Source of the DNA: an uncultured Planctomycetaceae bacterium
Lineage (GTDB): Bacteria; Planctomycetota; Planctomycetia; Planctomycetales; Planctomycetaceae
Length of the DNA: 64,000 nt
Direction of reading: 5' to 3'
Assembly: GCA_963976765.1 (NCBI GenBank)
Contig: CAXBME010000016.1
Location: 1 to 64,000 of the forward strand
In this document: positions 18,241 through 31,026 of the stretch, one piece after another
How positions within the stretch are numbered: the stretch's first letter is position 1
Layout: each line of letters begins with the position of its first letter
The notes under the pieces: generated by a model
The model's input: the letters and a program-made list of their open reading frames with translations, nothing else
The model's database searches: none
What the model was told of the DNA's origin: nothing
Translations under genes and position numbers: made by a program

Positions 18241-19424
18241 AACACTTAAACCGCCGTGAGTTTGTCGGGCTGTCCGCTGGTCTGGCAGCCGCTGGTTTGA
18301 TCGGCACATCAGGCTTTACGGCCGAAGCCGCTCAGAACGAAACCGGCGAAACGGCGTGGCCGTCCTTTCGCAACGGCAATCAGTTGCGAGGCATCGCGAC
18401 GAGTCCGCTGCCCGATAAGCTCGACCTGTTATGGAAAGTTCCGGTCGATGATGGAGTCACCGCGACGGCGGCCATTGTCGGCGATCGCGTTTTCGCGGCC
18501 ACGTACGGCGGCGAGTTGATCTGCCTGGAACGAAAAACCGGCGAGCGAGTCTGGACTTACTTCTCGGAAGAAAAGAAGAAGCCAACATCGTTCATCCCAG
18601 GCTTCCAGGCATCGCCCACCGTGACGGGTGAACTGGTTCTGATCGGCGACGAATATGGAGTCTTCCATGCGGTGGATCGAGCGACCGGCAAGCTCCGATG
18701 GAAGTACGAGACTCAGGCCGAGATCATCTGCTCAGCCGCCATCGTCAAAAACCGGATCATCTTCGGTTCGTACGACGCGACGCTGTACTGCCTCGAAATG
18801 GACGGCAGCGAGGCCTGGAAACGCGAGACCGGTGACCGCATTAACGGCTCGCCCGCCATCGCGGGAAACATCACATTCGTCACCGGCTGCGACCAGCACC
18901 TTCGAGCCATCAACATCGACAGCGGCAAAGAAGAATTTGACCTGGAACTCGGTCATTTCATGATCGCCTCACCCGCCGTCGACAAGTACATGCTTTATGT
19001 GGGCACGCACGAAAGCGACTTCCTGGCCCTCAACCTGGAAACTCAGGAAGTCGTCTGGCGATTCAAAGACGAAACTCGTGAGTTCCCGATTCATTCGTCG
19101 GCCGCGCTCACTGATGATCGGATCATCTTTGGCGGGCAGGACAAACTTCTGCACTGCCTGGAACGGAAGACGGGCAAAGAACTCTGGAACTTCGCCACGC
19201 GCGGACAGGTCAATAGCTCTCCGGTCGTTGTTGGCGGGAACCGAATCTTTGTCGGATCCAACGACGGCTACGTCTACGAAATCGGCCTGGACGATGGCAA
19301 GCAACGCTGGAAGGGAAAAATCGGTCGATCAGTCACCGCGTCTCCAGCAGTCGGCGAAGGATGCCTGGTCATCGGAGCCGAAGGTTCCGAGGGCGAGATT
19401 AGTTGCTTTGGAGCAAAAAGCTGA
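18213..19424 (+). CDS. Tat-exported PQQ-repeat (BamB-like) beta-propeller protein
   Basis: NRREFVG Tat motif, WPSFRNGN, repeated LERKTGE..W / SSP motifs. Confidence 0.88.
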   Translation: MRLQQRDKLKHLNRREFVGLSAGLAAAGLIGTSGFTAEAAQNETGETAWPSFRNGNQLRGIATSPLPDKLDLLWKVPVDDGVTATAAIVGDRVFAATYGGELICLERKTGERVWTYFSEEKKKPTSFIPGFQASPTVTGELVLIGDEYGVFHAVDRATGKLRWKYETQAEIICSAAIVKNRIIFGSYDATLYCLEMDGSEAWKRETGDRINGSPAIAGNITFVTGCDQHLRAINIDSGKEEFDLELGHFMIASPAVDKYMLYVGTHESDFLALNLETQEVVWRFKDETREFPIHSSAALTDDRIIFGGQDKLLHCLERKTGKELWNFATRGQVNSSPVVVGGNRIFVGSNDGYVYEIGLDDGKQRWKGKIGRSVTASPAVGEGCLVIGAEGSEGEISCFGAKS

Positions 19425-19446
19425 ACCACGTCAAATTACATCGGCA

Positions 19447-19506
19447 GGGTGCGTCTCGACGCACCAGGTAGTTACGCAATAGATGGTGCGTCAAGACGCC
19501 CCCTAC
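19447..19506. repeat. REP doublet (REPIN-like)
   Basis: GGGTGCGTCTCGACGCACC ... GGTGCGTCAAGACGCCCCCTAC in inverted arrangement. Confidence 0.65.
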
Positions 19507-19542
19507 GACTGCTAATCAGTCAGAAACATGCTGAAGTTATGG

Positions 19543-19613
19543 AACCACGGAAGACACGAAAAATCACAGAAGACTATTTCCCTCTTCCGTGGTTTTCCGT
19601 GTCTTCCGTGGTT
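19543..19613. repeat. Intergenic inverted-repeat element (AACCACGGAAGACACG...CGTGTCTTCCGTGGTT)
   Basis: 16-bp perfect inverted repeat, purine-rich then pyrimidine-rich arms. Confidence 0.75.
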
Positions 19614-19625
19614 ATTCATTTCAGC

Positions 19626-22607
19626 ATGCCAAAAGCATGGCTCGTGAGCCTGTCATGCCTGCTGGCAGCTGTTTTCCTATCAAGTGCCGATGCCCAGACA
19701 TTTGATCCAGCTGAGCGTTTCGTGGGTATGCTCAACGACGGGACACGGATCAACGCCGACTCGCTTAAAGACTGGCACGACGAAAATGCTCGACCTCATT
19801 TCGCGGGCCGCGCAATCTTTGACCAGAACAATCCCGTGCGGTGGATCATCGACCGCGCTGTGCCGATCGCCGAAGAACCCATCGCTTACGTCGAGATGTT
19901 CGGCGGTGACCGTCTGCCTTGCCGAGTCGTCGACTATCAACGCTCCGAAACGTGGGCCTACGAATCACTCGCTGAATATCTGATTGTCGAGCCATTGATT
20001 CAGGTCGACTTTCCCAGCCGATCAACGACGCCATTCCTGAGAGTATCAACCGACTGGCTGAAACGCGTCGTCTTTGATGAGAAGGCCGGTGTCCCATCGG
20101 CGTGGCATCCGGGAACGGTTTTCCTCCACGACGGAAGCCGCATCAGTTACAGGGTCGTTCGTTGGAGCGGCGGCGGGCTTTCGCTGCTGACTGAATCCGG
20201 AGTGAAAAAGCTGCTGTTCTCGCAGGTCGCCGAACTGCATCTTCCACGCCGCGATGACTGGAATGTCTACTTCGAGCAACTGGCCGCGTTGACTCCAGAT
20301 CTGACGTCGCGACTCATCCAGGCTGAATCATCCAGCGGGCTGCGTATCACCACTTCGACTGAACGATTCATCGCAAAGCACTCCGGCGACCAGAACAAAT
20401 CTGAAAACTGGTTCCCGCTCCTGCATCCAGCATGGAGTCTTGACCCAATCACATTGCCATTTCACACCGTTCGAAACTGGCGATTCTTCTGGGCCGATCA
20501 ACCGCCAATGACGCTGTTCGAACCCGGTGCTGCGCGAACCGCCCCAGTCTTCAGCACCGGGTGGAGCTGGGTTCCGAACCTCAACGTTCAATCCAGCCCT
20601 CTGACAAATAACCGCCTGCTCTACGGATGGGGATTCGGAGTTCACGCGCCGACCTCGCTGGAATTTCCGTTGCATCCAGTGGTTCGTCAAATCCGTAGCC
20701 GAGTGGGACTTGATCAGGTCGTCGGCCCCGGAGGATGCGCTCGCGCCGAAATCGCGATTCAGTCAAAATTGACTCAGCCCTTTTTCAAGAGCCAGGTTTT
20801 TATCGGCAACGAAAAATCCGCTGACAGCGGCTGGAAGAATGTCAGCGTTGCCGAAGGGAAATCTGATCAGGTTGTCCTCACCGCGGACCCAATCGCGGAC
20901 AATCCTCCGAAAGGTGCCGACCCGTTTGACATCAGAGACTGTCTCAACTGGCTGGAGCCGGAATGGAAACTCGACAAACAACAACTCAGCCGGGAAGTTT
21001 CTCAGCGATCAGCTGACCGATTACCGGCCCTGGCCGATTGGACCATCGCGTCTGAACTCGCCGTGCAATCTTCGGACAATTCAGCAAACGACAGCGACGA
21101 ATCAACTGACGCCGCTCCACTCCTGATCAGAAACTTCCAGGACAGGATCGTCCCCGAGGACGAGCGGGCTCGGCTGATGATTCGGCCAGCAAACCAGTTC
21201 ACGGTTTTCACGCAGCAGCGGCAGATTGAAAAGAAGCATCGCTGGCTGGCCGTTTGTGTCAGCAAACCCGCCGCCAGTTCAGATCCCACGACAGTCGTCG
21301 TGCGCATTGACGGGCAGGGAATGGTCGAGACGGAAGTTCCGGTTCAATCGTCTCGTCAGGATCCGGATCCAATCCTCGTTCCAGTTTCAGAGTTTCAAGG
21401 CTCGAAGCCAACAATCCAGATCGTCCTGCTGGCAACCGGCGAGAACTCGTTCGTCAACTGGCAAGGTACTTTCCTTTGCGAACGCCCACCCGGAATCGTC
21501 CCGCTCTTCGACGAAACCGATGACATTATTCAGCACTTGCAGGACGGTGAGGGTGAAATTTCTCTCTCAACGATCGAACCCAAACACGGAAACTATTGCC
21601 TGAAACTTGCAGCAGGAGATCGGTCAGACGCCGAAATCCCAGGCTTCAAATTCCCGATCCACGAACATCCCAGGCTCGGGGAATTCCGCTACCTTCGCTT
21701 CTCCTGGAAGAAAAAGAGTGGCTCGCAGATCGGTTTGCAACTGGCTCACGACGGGACGATTGGACTTCCTGAGAATGCGTTCGGTCGAGGCCAACCACGA
21801 GCCTTCACAGAAGGGATCGCCAGAGCCGCACTTCAACGTCAACGACAAAGTCCCCGACGACCGGTCTCGGGAGCAAGTCGAGGAGCTCAGTTCGGCTATC
21901 AGTATGATGCAGGCAGCGGCGACCCATCGCAGCCGGTTCTGCGGCTCGACCGTAAGTTACCAGTCGACTGGCGACTGATGGGGCGAGACCTGTTCGGTGA
22001 GTTCGGCTCATTCACACTCACCGGTTTGGGATTCCGCAACTCTGACGACGAGCCCGCATGGTTTGATGAAATCTATCTCGCTCGAACCCAGAACGACTTT
22101 AACTGGATTGACGAAGTGTCCGGCCTGAAGCAGCCATTCCAGAGTGACGATCCCAATCTGCTCGACGAAGCTCGTACCCCGCTTCACTACGGGCAGTTAA
22201 TTTCGAAGGTTGCGCCACAATTCACGACTCAGTTATCCGGAGAGCCGGTGCAGTTGCTGCGCGAGTGGCAGGATCGGCAACAGGCTATCCGCACGATGCC
22301 TCCGTCGAAAGAAAAGCCCTGCATTCTGAAAGCTCCCGTCTCGGTGCGAAACGGGAAGAAAACAGTCCTTAGAGTATCCGCGGGCCGCTACCCCGAAGGA
22401 GACTGGCAACTCGTCGTCCGAGCCGCCGGACAGGAATTGTTCCGCTCGATGGTCGATGCAAACACCGCCAAAGAAGGCTGGCTCGACCGCGACGTCGACC
22501 TCTCTCGCTTCGCGGGACAAAACGTCATCGTTGAAGTTTCCAATGAAGCGACCGGCTGGAACTACGAGCACGCCTTCTGGCATCGGCTCGAAATCGTTGA
22601 AGAGTAG
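19626..22607 (+). CDS. Large secreted protein with NPCBM/NEW2-like carbohydrate-binding module
   Basis: Signal peptide MPKAWLVSLSCLLAAVFLSSADA; GFGVHAPTSLEFPL...SRVGLD; C-terminal DVDLSRFAGQNV. Confidence 0.7.
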   Translation: MPKAWLVSLSCLLAAVFLSSADAQTFDPAERFVGMLNDGTRINADSLKDWHDENARPHFAGRAIFDQNNPVRWIIDRAVPIAEEPIAYVEMFGGDRLPCRVVDYQRSETWAYESLAEYLIVEPLIQVDFPSRSTTPFLRVSTDWLKRVVFDEKAGVPSAWHPGTVFLHDGSRISYRVVRWSGGGLSLLTESGVKKLLFSQVAELHLPRRDDWNVYFEQLAALTPDLTSRLIQAESSSGLRITTSTERFIAKHSGDQNKSENWFPLLHPAWSLDPITLPFHTVRNWRFFWADQPPMTLFEPGAARTAPVFSTGWSWVPNLNVQSSPLTNNRLLYGWGFGVHAPTSLEFPLHPVVRQIRSRVGLDQVVGPGGCARAEIAIQSKLTQPFFKSQVFIGNEKSADSGWKNVSVAEGKSDQVVLTADPIADNPPKGADPFDIRDCLNWLEPEWKLDKQQLSREVSQRSADRLPALADWTIASELAVQSSDNSANDSDESTDAAPLLIRNFQDRIVPEDERARLMIRPANQFTVFTQQRQIEKKHRWLAVCVSKPAASSDPTTVVVRIDGQGMVETEVPVQSSRQDPDPILVPVSEFQGSKPTIQIVLLATGENSFVNWQGTFLCERPPGIVPLFDETDDIIQHLQDGEGEISLSTIEPKHGNYCLKLAAGDRSDAEIPGFKFPIHEHPRLGEFRYLRFSWKKKSGSQIGLQLAHDGTIGLPENAFGRGQPRAFTEGIARAALQRQRQSPRRPVSGASRGAQFGYQYDAGSGDPSQPVLRLDRKLPVDWRLMGRDLFGEFGSFTLTGLGFRNSDDEPAWFDEIYLARTQNDFNWIDEVSGLKQPFQSDDPNLLDEARTPLHYGQLISKVAPQFTTQLSGEPVQLLREWQDRQQAIRTMPPSKEKPCILKAPVSVRNGKKTVLRVSAGRYPEGDWQLVVRAAGQELFRSMVDANTAKEGWLDRDVDLSRFAGQNVIVEVSNEATGWNYEHAFWHRLEIVEE

Positions 22608-23013
22608 ACGATTACTAAGTCGGGCACGGGACGCCTTCGCGCTCCATCAAAAAGTCTCGTTGTTCTCACGAAAAGACGGTAAGGATGCTGGCCGGCCGCA
22701 ATCTTCCCCTTTGCGGCTTTGCGTGAGCCTTAACCCGCTTGCCGCTTGCATCGCCAGCTTTCAGCATCCAGCAGCGTTGCAAAACGAATTCAGCGCACGA
22801 CTGCGTTAATCGTCACAACCCTACTGATTTCAGGGGGAAAACCATCCTTAACTTGCGCCTGTTGCCTCCCCGCAACCTATTTCGAAGCGTCGGCCAAACA
22901 TCAAATCAAAAGTCAGTTGCTTTTTTGCAGCCAGGGGATGGCACGGTGTCCAGCGAATTATCGAATATTGACGACATCGTCAGCGACCTTCGTAAAACCG
23001 CTTCGACGAGTGA

Positions 23014-23772
23014 GCATTCGAACTGTGGGGGTCACTACTTAAGAACAAGGAAGACCTGAGTCGCCTTCGCAACGACCTGGAACGTGCATTGAGTGTTCGC
23101 GACAAGTCGATCATCCCTCAGCAGGAAATGGACCGACTGATATTTGCGGAAGCTGACCAGCGTGAGATGGTCGACGCGATGTCGCAGGCTCTGGAAGAGC
23201 TGCGACATCGCGTCGAAGAGAAACCAACAGATGAGCAGACGGCATCGGACGACGGAAGAAGTCTCGAACAACTGCGGCCAGTTTTCGCACGCATCGACGC
23301 ATCGGAAGCATCACGTTCGCGGCTGATGGAGAATCTGGACGAAGGTAGGCTGTTAGCGCCTGTCGACGGCGTCGTTGTTCGTTGTGACCAGGCAGCCGGA
23401 CAAAGTCTGGGACAACTCGAAACGGTACTTGAACTCATCGATTCAGATTCGCTGATGGCGACTTTGTACGTTCATCAGAACGATTCGCATTCGATGACTC
23501 CGGGAACGCGAGTCACCGTGACCGTGGAACCGCTCTCGCAGCCGGTCGCCTGCCGAGTCTTGCGTTCGCGAGAACGATTCGAGTCGGCTCCGGAATCCGT
23601 CGAACGCTACTACCGCAAAGGCGAACCACTGCTGCCAGTTATTCTTCAGCCGGAAGTTGGTCCGAGAGATCGAGGCATCATGCGACACGGAGCGATCGTG
23701 AGATTCGGGTGGTTCTCGTCTTTGCAGGCGGAGCGTCCTGACGATGCTCGAATCGCGGCTGTTGACAACTGA
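23014..23772 (+). pseudogene. HlyD/membrane-fusion family protein, 5' part disrupted
   Basis: Coiled coil then LLAPVDGVV...GQSL...VLELID; in-frame TGA at 23011 and no N-terminal TM helix or first lipoyl half. Confidence 0.65.
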
Positions 23773-23870
23773 TTGCCGACAGACCTTGCGAGGCAATCGG
23801 GCAAATTCAGAGTGAGCTGATTGTGGATATCAGACGCGTCGGTGTGTGACGTGTCGTTAAGTTTCGATCG

Positions 23871-24824
23871 TTGCCAGAGGAAGAACAGGCAATGACGACT
23901 GTTGACTCAAAGTCAGTCGTGAGTAGCACAGCACAACGTGTTGCCGTCGGGCCAGAAGCATCACAGGCAAAGGCCGGCGGTGCGAGTATCGAACAGGGCC
24001 GGTCCAAATGTTCGGTGCCGCTGTCGGCCTTTGTTTTGACAAGCGACGGGCACATCGCCTCACAGGAACCGTTTGCTGCCGTCGCCACTTCCTGTGCAGG
24101 TGGCTCAGCAAGGCTCGCATTTGGCCGGGAAACGATTCTGGCTCATCCGTCGCTCGTCTTTGGAGTGTCAACGCCTGATGGCCGAACCTTGTTCGCCGGA
24201 TGCGTGATAACTTCTCACGAAGTTCGCGAAGACAAAGTTTACTGCCAGATCACTCGCGGCGGAGTCGTCGAACTGGTTCTCGCAGAAGAAGCTCGAGTAC
24301 CAGCGTTGAACACCGAATTCTTCCAGTACCGATTACCGTATGCTGACTCGCTCTATGAGAGCTGGACTCGTGCAGGAATTCTGAAACGCACCGTGCTCGA
24401 CCGCATTCTGGTCTGCGGCAAATGCCGATCGGTGGCGACGTTCAGGTTCGCCTGTCGGCAATGCGGTTCCGAACGCGTCTCGCAATAGATGCTGGCTCAC
24501 CATTTCGCCTGGGCGTTCGTTGCGCCAGTCAGCGAGTTTGAAACAATGGAAACGCTCAAGTGTCCCAACTGCCGGACGAAGCACCTGGTAGCGGGCACGG
24601 ACTTCGAATTCATGCCGGGCGACAACGAGTGTGATGTTTGTGGTTGGTCCGACCGAGAGTTGGAACAGACTGGACATTGTTTGAATTGTGATTCTCGATT
24701 CGCGGCTCACAAAGCCGTCGAGCAGGAACTGGTCGGGGACCATGTTGAACGGCTGGCATCTTTGGCTAACATCGCTGATCTGGGACGAAGTGGCGTTGCT
24801 GCTGCTGGGCATGTCCCTGCTTGA
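23871..24824 (+). pseudogene. TackOD1-like multi-zinc-ribbon protein split by an in-frame TAG (24486-24488)
   Basis: CGKC, CRQCGS, HHFAW, CPNC, GTDF, CDVC, CLNC in one frame on both sides of the stop. Confidence 0.75.
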
Positions 24825-26033
24825 CGGCCCGCGGTATTGCGTCGCGACGGCGATCACCTGCCTCTACGACTGGATGTGCGGCATCAAACGATGGCTGTAC
24901 CCGGCACAGCCCGAAATCGAATTCTCGCATTGCCCTTCCGTTTGCGCAATGGTCGTAGGATTCAATGAAGGCTCGGGACTCGGAGCAACGATCGAATCGA
25001 TCATCGGCACCTATCCGCGTCTTGAGATCGTTGTTGTCGACGATGGCTCTGACGACAACATGGCTCAGGTCGGCAGAGCTTACGCCAGCAGGTACCCCGG
25101 CATCGTGCGATGTCTTTCTCGACCGTGGCGAGGCGGCAAGTCGTCAGCGTTGAACATCGCAGTGACACACACAACTGCGGAAGTTGTCATTTGCGTCGAC
25201 GCGGACTCGCACCTGTCCCGTGACGCTGTCTGGGAAATCGTACAACCATTTCGCGACGCGAACGTCGGAGCCATCTCGGCAACGGTGTCAGTTCGAAACT
25301 GCTTTACAAACTTCGTCACCTGGTTTCAGGGGCTGGAGTATTTGCAGTCAATCTTCGTTGGAAGACTGGTCACCGCGAGACTGAACGTCCTGCCGATTGC
25401 TTCGGGAACGTTGGCCGGCTTTCGTCGAGAACTACTGGGCGTCTGGGAGGCTGGGACGTCGGTCCTGGCGAAGACCTCGACATGACCGTTCGCACCCGGC
25501 GACTCGGCTACCGAGTCACGTTCGCTCAATACGCGTTCTGTCATACCGAAGCACCGACCACCTGGAAGGCTCTTCTGAAGCAACGTCGACGCTGGGAGGG
25601 AGACGGTCCGGTCCGTCATTTCTCGCGAAAACACATCGACATGGCCAAGCCATGGCACCGCGATTTCAAACTGTCGAACATGCTGATGTTTCTCGACGGG
25701 CTGACATCCAACCTGCTCTGCGGCTACGGCATGGTGATCTGGACTGTGATGATGCTTCTGCATCCGGATCTAAGGCCGGATCCATACGCATGGATGACTT
25801 TCTACATAGTCAGCGTCATTGCAGAAGTCATCGCGCTTGGCCCACTGATGTACTACAGCCGGCAACGAAAACATGACGCCGTCGTTGCCCTGGCATTCCC
25901 GCTGATGCCTTTGTATCGAATGCTGCTCCTCGGAGTTCGGATCTTCTCAAACACTGCCGAGATCATCTGGCGAAAGTCATTCACCGAACCACACGTTCCA
26001 CCGCACGTTCGAGCCGTTACCTGGCGGTGGTAA
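24742..26033 (+). pseudogene. Processive GT2 glycosyltransferase (PgaC/HAS/cellulose-synthase-like), frameshifted near 25438
   Basis: VVDDGS, GGKSSALN, VDAD in one frame; GGWDVGPGEDLD, QRRRW and TM helices in another. Confidence 0.85.
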
Positions 26034-26082
26034 ACCGCTACGTATGTGGCTTCTGACCTGGTCGAGCTCAACGCTGGCCAAT

Positions 26083-26122
26083 AAAAAGCCTCGCCGAGAC
26101 AGTAAAGTCCCGGCGAGGTTTT
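26083..26122. terminator. Bidirectional intrinsic terminator
   Basis: AAAAAG-CCTCGCCG...CGGCGAGG-TTTT between convergent GT2 and secDF. Confidence 0.7.
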
Positions 26123-26157
26123 GATTCAATTTCCAGACCGTCGACAAACGGAACAAA

Positions 26158-29112
26158 TCAGGCTGCCTTAGCAGCAGCCTTCTCTTCACGATTCATCAGC
26201 CACAGCAGAACCGGGCTGGCGACATAGATCGAGCTGTACGTTCCGACGAGCACTCCGACGAGCAGGCAGAAGGCAAACCCGTGGATACCTTCACCACCGA
26301 ACACGTAAAGAATCGCAACAACGAAGAACGTTGTCAGCGAGGTCAGCAGCGTTCGGGACAGAGTCTGGTTCAGACTGGTGTTGATCATTTCCGGAGTCAG
26401 ATTCGGGTTCTTACCTCGGACTTCTCGAATCCGGTCGAAGACAACGATTGTGTCGTTCAACGAGTAACCAACGATTGTCAGGAACGCCGCAATCATCGGC
26501 AGATTGATCTTGAAATCGTACAGGCCAAGCAGAGAACCCAATGCTCCGCCGCTGGCCAGCGAAGCCAGCGCCACAATGCCGAGCACGACAAGGACGTCAT
26601 GCACAAGTGCCGCGACAGCAGCAAGTCCAAACGTCACTCGATGGAAGCGGAACGCCACGTAAATAATGATCGCTCCCAGACTGATCAACATGGCGACGAT
26701 CGCCTGATTCTGCATCTCCCCACCGACTGACTTGGCAAAATTGCTGACCTCTTCAAACAGCGGCGAGTTATTCATCTCATCCTGCATCGCTGCCAGAGCG
26801 GTCGCCAGGTCTTCCTTCTTCAGCTCCTTCGAAGCTTCAAGCTTTACGGTGCTGAACTTCTTAACCTGACCTTCCTCAGCATCAACACCACTGCCAGAGA
26901 TCCCAGTCACGCGGAAGAGATCGCCGGGGCTGCTGTACGTGCTTCCGCTCAGCTCTTTAATCGCGTCTTCAAGATTTCTGGATGCCGTGTTGATGGTGAT
27001 TTCGTCGCTGAAGGTCAGAGTTGTTTCCACGCCCCCCGCGAACGCTGACTGTTCGGGGTCAACCTGTTCCCCTTCGGCCGGTTCAGGCGCGGCTGCGATT
27101 TCGACCAGTTCTGTGCTTTCAACCGAAACGGTTCTCAGCTCCATATCGCCGAGTGCTTTCGCAACACCGGCTTCGACTTCCTTCGATTTCTCAACAGTCG
27201 TTCGAAGTCGCCACCGTCGACCTGAATCTGACTCCTGGGTTTCGTCTTCCAGTGTCAGTCTTTCGACAGTGATGCTGGCATCAAACTCGGCTTCCAGATT
27301 ACTGCGGAAATCAGACAGTTTGTGAGCTTTCTCGAATTCGAACGTGACCATCGTCCCGCCACGGAAATCGATATCGAGGTTGTCTTCGCCACGGGAAACA
27401 AAGCCGGCCATTCCGGCACAAATTACAAACAGCGATCCGAAAATCGCCAGTTTCTGCTTCCCGATAAAATTGAGACTTGGCGACTTGACGATCGACAGCA
27501 TCGGCAGCTTCTTGAGGATCCGTTTCTGCTCAAGAATTTCGAAGACCAGCCGGCCGAAATACAGAGCCGAGAACATACTCATCACGATGCCGATGAAAAG
27601 TGTCACCGCGAAACCTTTGACCTGATCGGTCCCGATCATGAACAGAACGATCGCGACAATCAGAGTGGTCAGGTTCGAGTCGATAATGGCCGTGAAGGCT
27701 TTGTCGAATCCATTGTGAATCGCCATGCGGATACTGGCACCGCGTGCCAGCTCCTCGCGGATTCTCTCGAAGATCAGAACGTTGGCGTCCACGGCCATCC
27801 CGATCGTCAGGACGAGCCCCGCCAGACCTGGCAGCGTGAATGTGCCCTGCACGAAAATCATCGTGCCCATAATCAGCAGAATATTCAGCAGCAGACAGAG
27901 GACTGCGATCAGACCTGCCTTCAGATAGTAGATCGCCATGAACCCGATCACGACCGCACAGGAAAGCTCGATCGCGAAGATGCCTTTGTTTCGAATATCA
28001 ACCCCCAGCAGCGGGCTGATCGTGAATTCGCTGATCGGATCCGGAACAAGTGGAACATCGAGTGCCCCCGCGTTCAGAACACTGGTCAGTGAGCGGATTT
28101 CTTCACGAGTGAAGTTGCCGGAAATCTGACCGCGAGCCCCGATTGCTTCATTCAGGCTGGGAGCCGACTGAATCTTGTCATCAAGCAAAACGGCCAGCCG
28201 GTAACGCTTCCCGTCCTTCAGAGGTTTGTGATCAGAGGTCAGATCGAGAAACCGGTTGGCTCCCGTCTGATCGAAACTGAAAGCAACGACCAACTGGCCA
28301 CTTTGATCCATCTGCTCGTTGGCTCGAACAAGGAACTTACCAGTAACTTCCTTTTCTTCAGGACTGACCACGACCAGCACCTGCTCGATTTCCGCATCCG
28401 CCTTGCCTTTGCGCATCCGATGAACGGATGGAAGCAGCTCTCCGCCGCCACGACCGACTTCTTCGCCTTCGGCAATGTCCACCCAGCGAGCAACCGTCCG
28501 ACCATTCTCAACAACTGGATTCACTTCCGTTGAAAGTGCGTTCGCCAGCTTGATCAGCGAGCGATGTTCAGCATTGTTAGGCGTCGCGAGGATTTCGAAC
28601 TGGAGAGACCCCAGTCGAGTGATCCGGTCTTTCATCTCGTCGACGTAAGCCTGGTCCGCTCCCGGAATAATGATTTCGATCCGGTCTGAACCGACTCGGC
28701 GAACGGTGACTTCTTCCGTACCGGAAGGATTCACTCGGCGGGCGATGGCACCAACCATATTGTCGATCGAGCGGTCTACATCCTTGCCGGATTCTGTCGC
28801 GGCATTCATGTCGACCTGGTAAACGAGGTTCGTTCCCCCGGCGAGGTCAATACCCAGTCGGAAGCAATCGCCCAGCGACTTCCCCTGAGCGAGCTGGTAG
28901 GTCATCGGCACAACGGCGATGGCTACACAGAACAGCACCGTCCCGATGCGGCTGCTGAAATCTTTCAACCGAAACGCCTTGGCGATCACCGAGCCAAGAA
29001 TGAACGGCAGGAACATGACCGCAAAGATCAGCCAGAAAATCAGCCAGCCGGAGGCCCCCGCAGGAGTGGTGGCAGCTTCGACAGCCTTTTCTTGTGCAAG
29101 AAGCAGAAACAT
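26158..29112 (-). CDS. secDF: Fused protein translocase subunit SecDF
   Basis: LGIDLAGG, GMAVDANVLIFERIREE, DIDFRGG, GYSLNDTIVVFDRIRE. Confidence 0.97.
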   Translation of the reverse strand: MFLLLAQEKAVEAATTPAGASGWLIFWLIFAVMFLPFILGSVIAKAFRLKDFSSRIGTVLFCVAIAVVPMTYQLAQGKSLGDCFRLGIDLAGGTNLVYQVDMNAATESGKDVDRSIDNMVGAIARRVNPSGTEEVTVRRVGSDRIEIIIPGADQAYVDEMKDRITRLGSLQFEILATPNNAEHRSLIKLANALSTEVNPVVENGRTVARWVDIAEGEEVGRGGGELLPSVHRMRKGKADAEIEQVLVVVSPEEKEVTGKFLVRANEQMDQSGQLVVAFSFDQTGANRFLDLTSDHKPLKDGKRYRLAVLLDDKIQSAPSLNEAIGARGQISGNFTREEIRSLTSVLNAGALDVPLVPDPISEFTISPLLGVDIRNKGIFAIELSCAVVIGFMAIYYLKAGLIAVLCLLLNILLIMGTMIFVQGTFTLPGLAGLVLTIGMAVDANVLIFERIREELARGASIRMAIHNGFDKAFTAIIDSNLTTLIVAIVLFMIGTDQVKGFAVTLFIGIVMSMFSALYFGRLVFEILEQKRILKKLPMLSIVKSPSLNFIGKQKLAIFGSLFVICAGMAGFVSRGEDNLDIDFRGGTMVTFEFEKAHKLSDFRSNLEAEFDASITVERLTLEDETQESDSGRRWRLRTTVEKSKEVEAGVAKALGDMELRTVSVESTELVEIAAAPEPAEGEQVDPEQSAFAGGVETTLTFSDEITINTASRNLEDAIKELSGSTYSSPGDLFRVTGISGSGVDAEEGQVKKFSTVKLEASKELKKEDLATALAAMQDEMNNSPLFEEVSNFAKSVGGEMQNQAIVAMLISLGAIIIYVAFRFHRVTFGLAAVAALVHDVLVVLGIVALASLASGGALGSLLGLYDFKINLPMIAAFLTIVGYSLNDTIVVFDRIREVRGKNPNLTPEMINTSLNQTLSRTLLTSLTTFFVVAILYVFGGEGIHGFAFCLLVGVLVGTYSSIYVASPVLLWLMNREEKAAAKAA

Positions 29113-29212
29113 CGATCGGAATCCTTATCGACAATGAGGGTAACCATCAGGAGCGTCGCCAGGTGCCGGGTTTGCTTCCTTCGCAGATAAAGCAAAAGGC
29201 CGGCAGGTGGCA

Positions 29213-29572
29213 TCAGGATTTGGCCGTGTCGTCCTTTTCGTCGGTCAAAACTGAACTGATGGAGCTGCGTCGGAATTTAATACGAGTTGAATCATCGACC
29301 TTCAGAGTGACCTCTTTACCATCGGTTGAGACTTGCGCCACCGTTCCAATGATGCCTCCCGCGGTCACGACCCGGTCGTTCTTCTTTAAGTTTTCCAGAA
29401 ACTCTTTGCGTTTTCGTTCTTCAGCAGCGCGAGGACGAAGCAGCATGAAATAATAGAAAACCGCGATCATGATCATCGGCGGGAGCAGACCTCCCCACGG
29501 GCTTTGCGTAGCCTTAGGGTCAGCAACGGTCTCTTCTGCCAGCAGGAAAGCGGATGTTAGCCAGGAATGCAT
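29213..29572 (-). CDS. yajC: Preprotein translocase subunit YajC
   Basis: FYYFMLLRP, LKKNDRVVTAGGIIGTV; tgt-yajC-secDF order. Confidence 0.95.
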   Translation of the reverse strand: MHSWLTSAFLLAEETVADPKATQSPWGGLLPPMIMIAVFYYFMLLRPRAAEERKRKEFLENLKKNDRVVTAGGIIGTVAQVSTDGKEVTLKVDDSTRIKFRRSSISSVLTDEKDDTAKS

Positions 29573-29797
29573 CGACGTCGTTTTCTCAATAGGTCAACGC
29601 GAACAGCCAGTTCGGACGACCATCGACGGACAATCCGCACAGAATTCCGCTCGCAACTGACAGGGGTGGCAGGCATCTCGCTGGAAAAATGTTCGAATCC
29701 AGATTCGAACGACTCCGGAAAAGCGATCTTCAGGGATGCAAAAACTCTGCCCTGAAAACGACTTACCGCCAGACCTGCCGAAAAGAAGGGCGGTATC

Positions 29798-31018
<1,221 letters not shown>

Positions 31019-31026
31019 TCACTTTG

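Noticed and set aside
24486..24488. Pyrrolysine or programmed readthrough at the in-frame TAG
   Set aside because: Both neighbouring genes are also broken and no pyl genes are seen; decay is simpler
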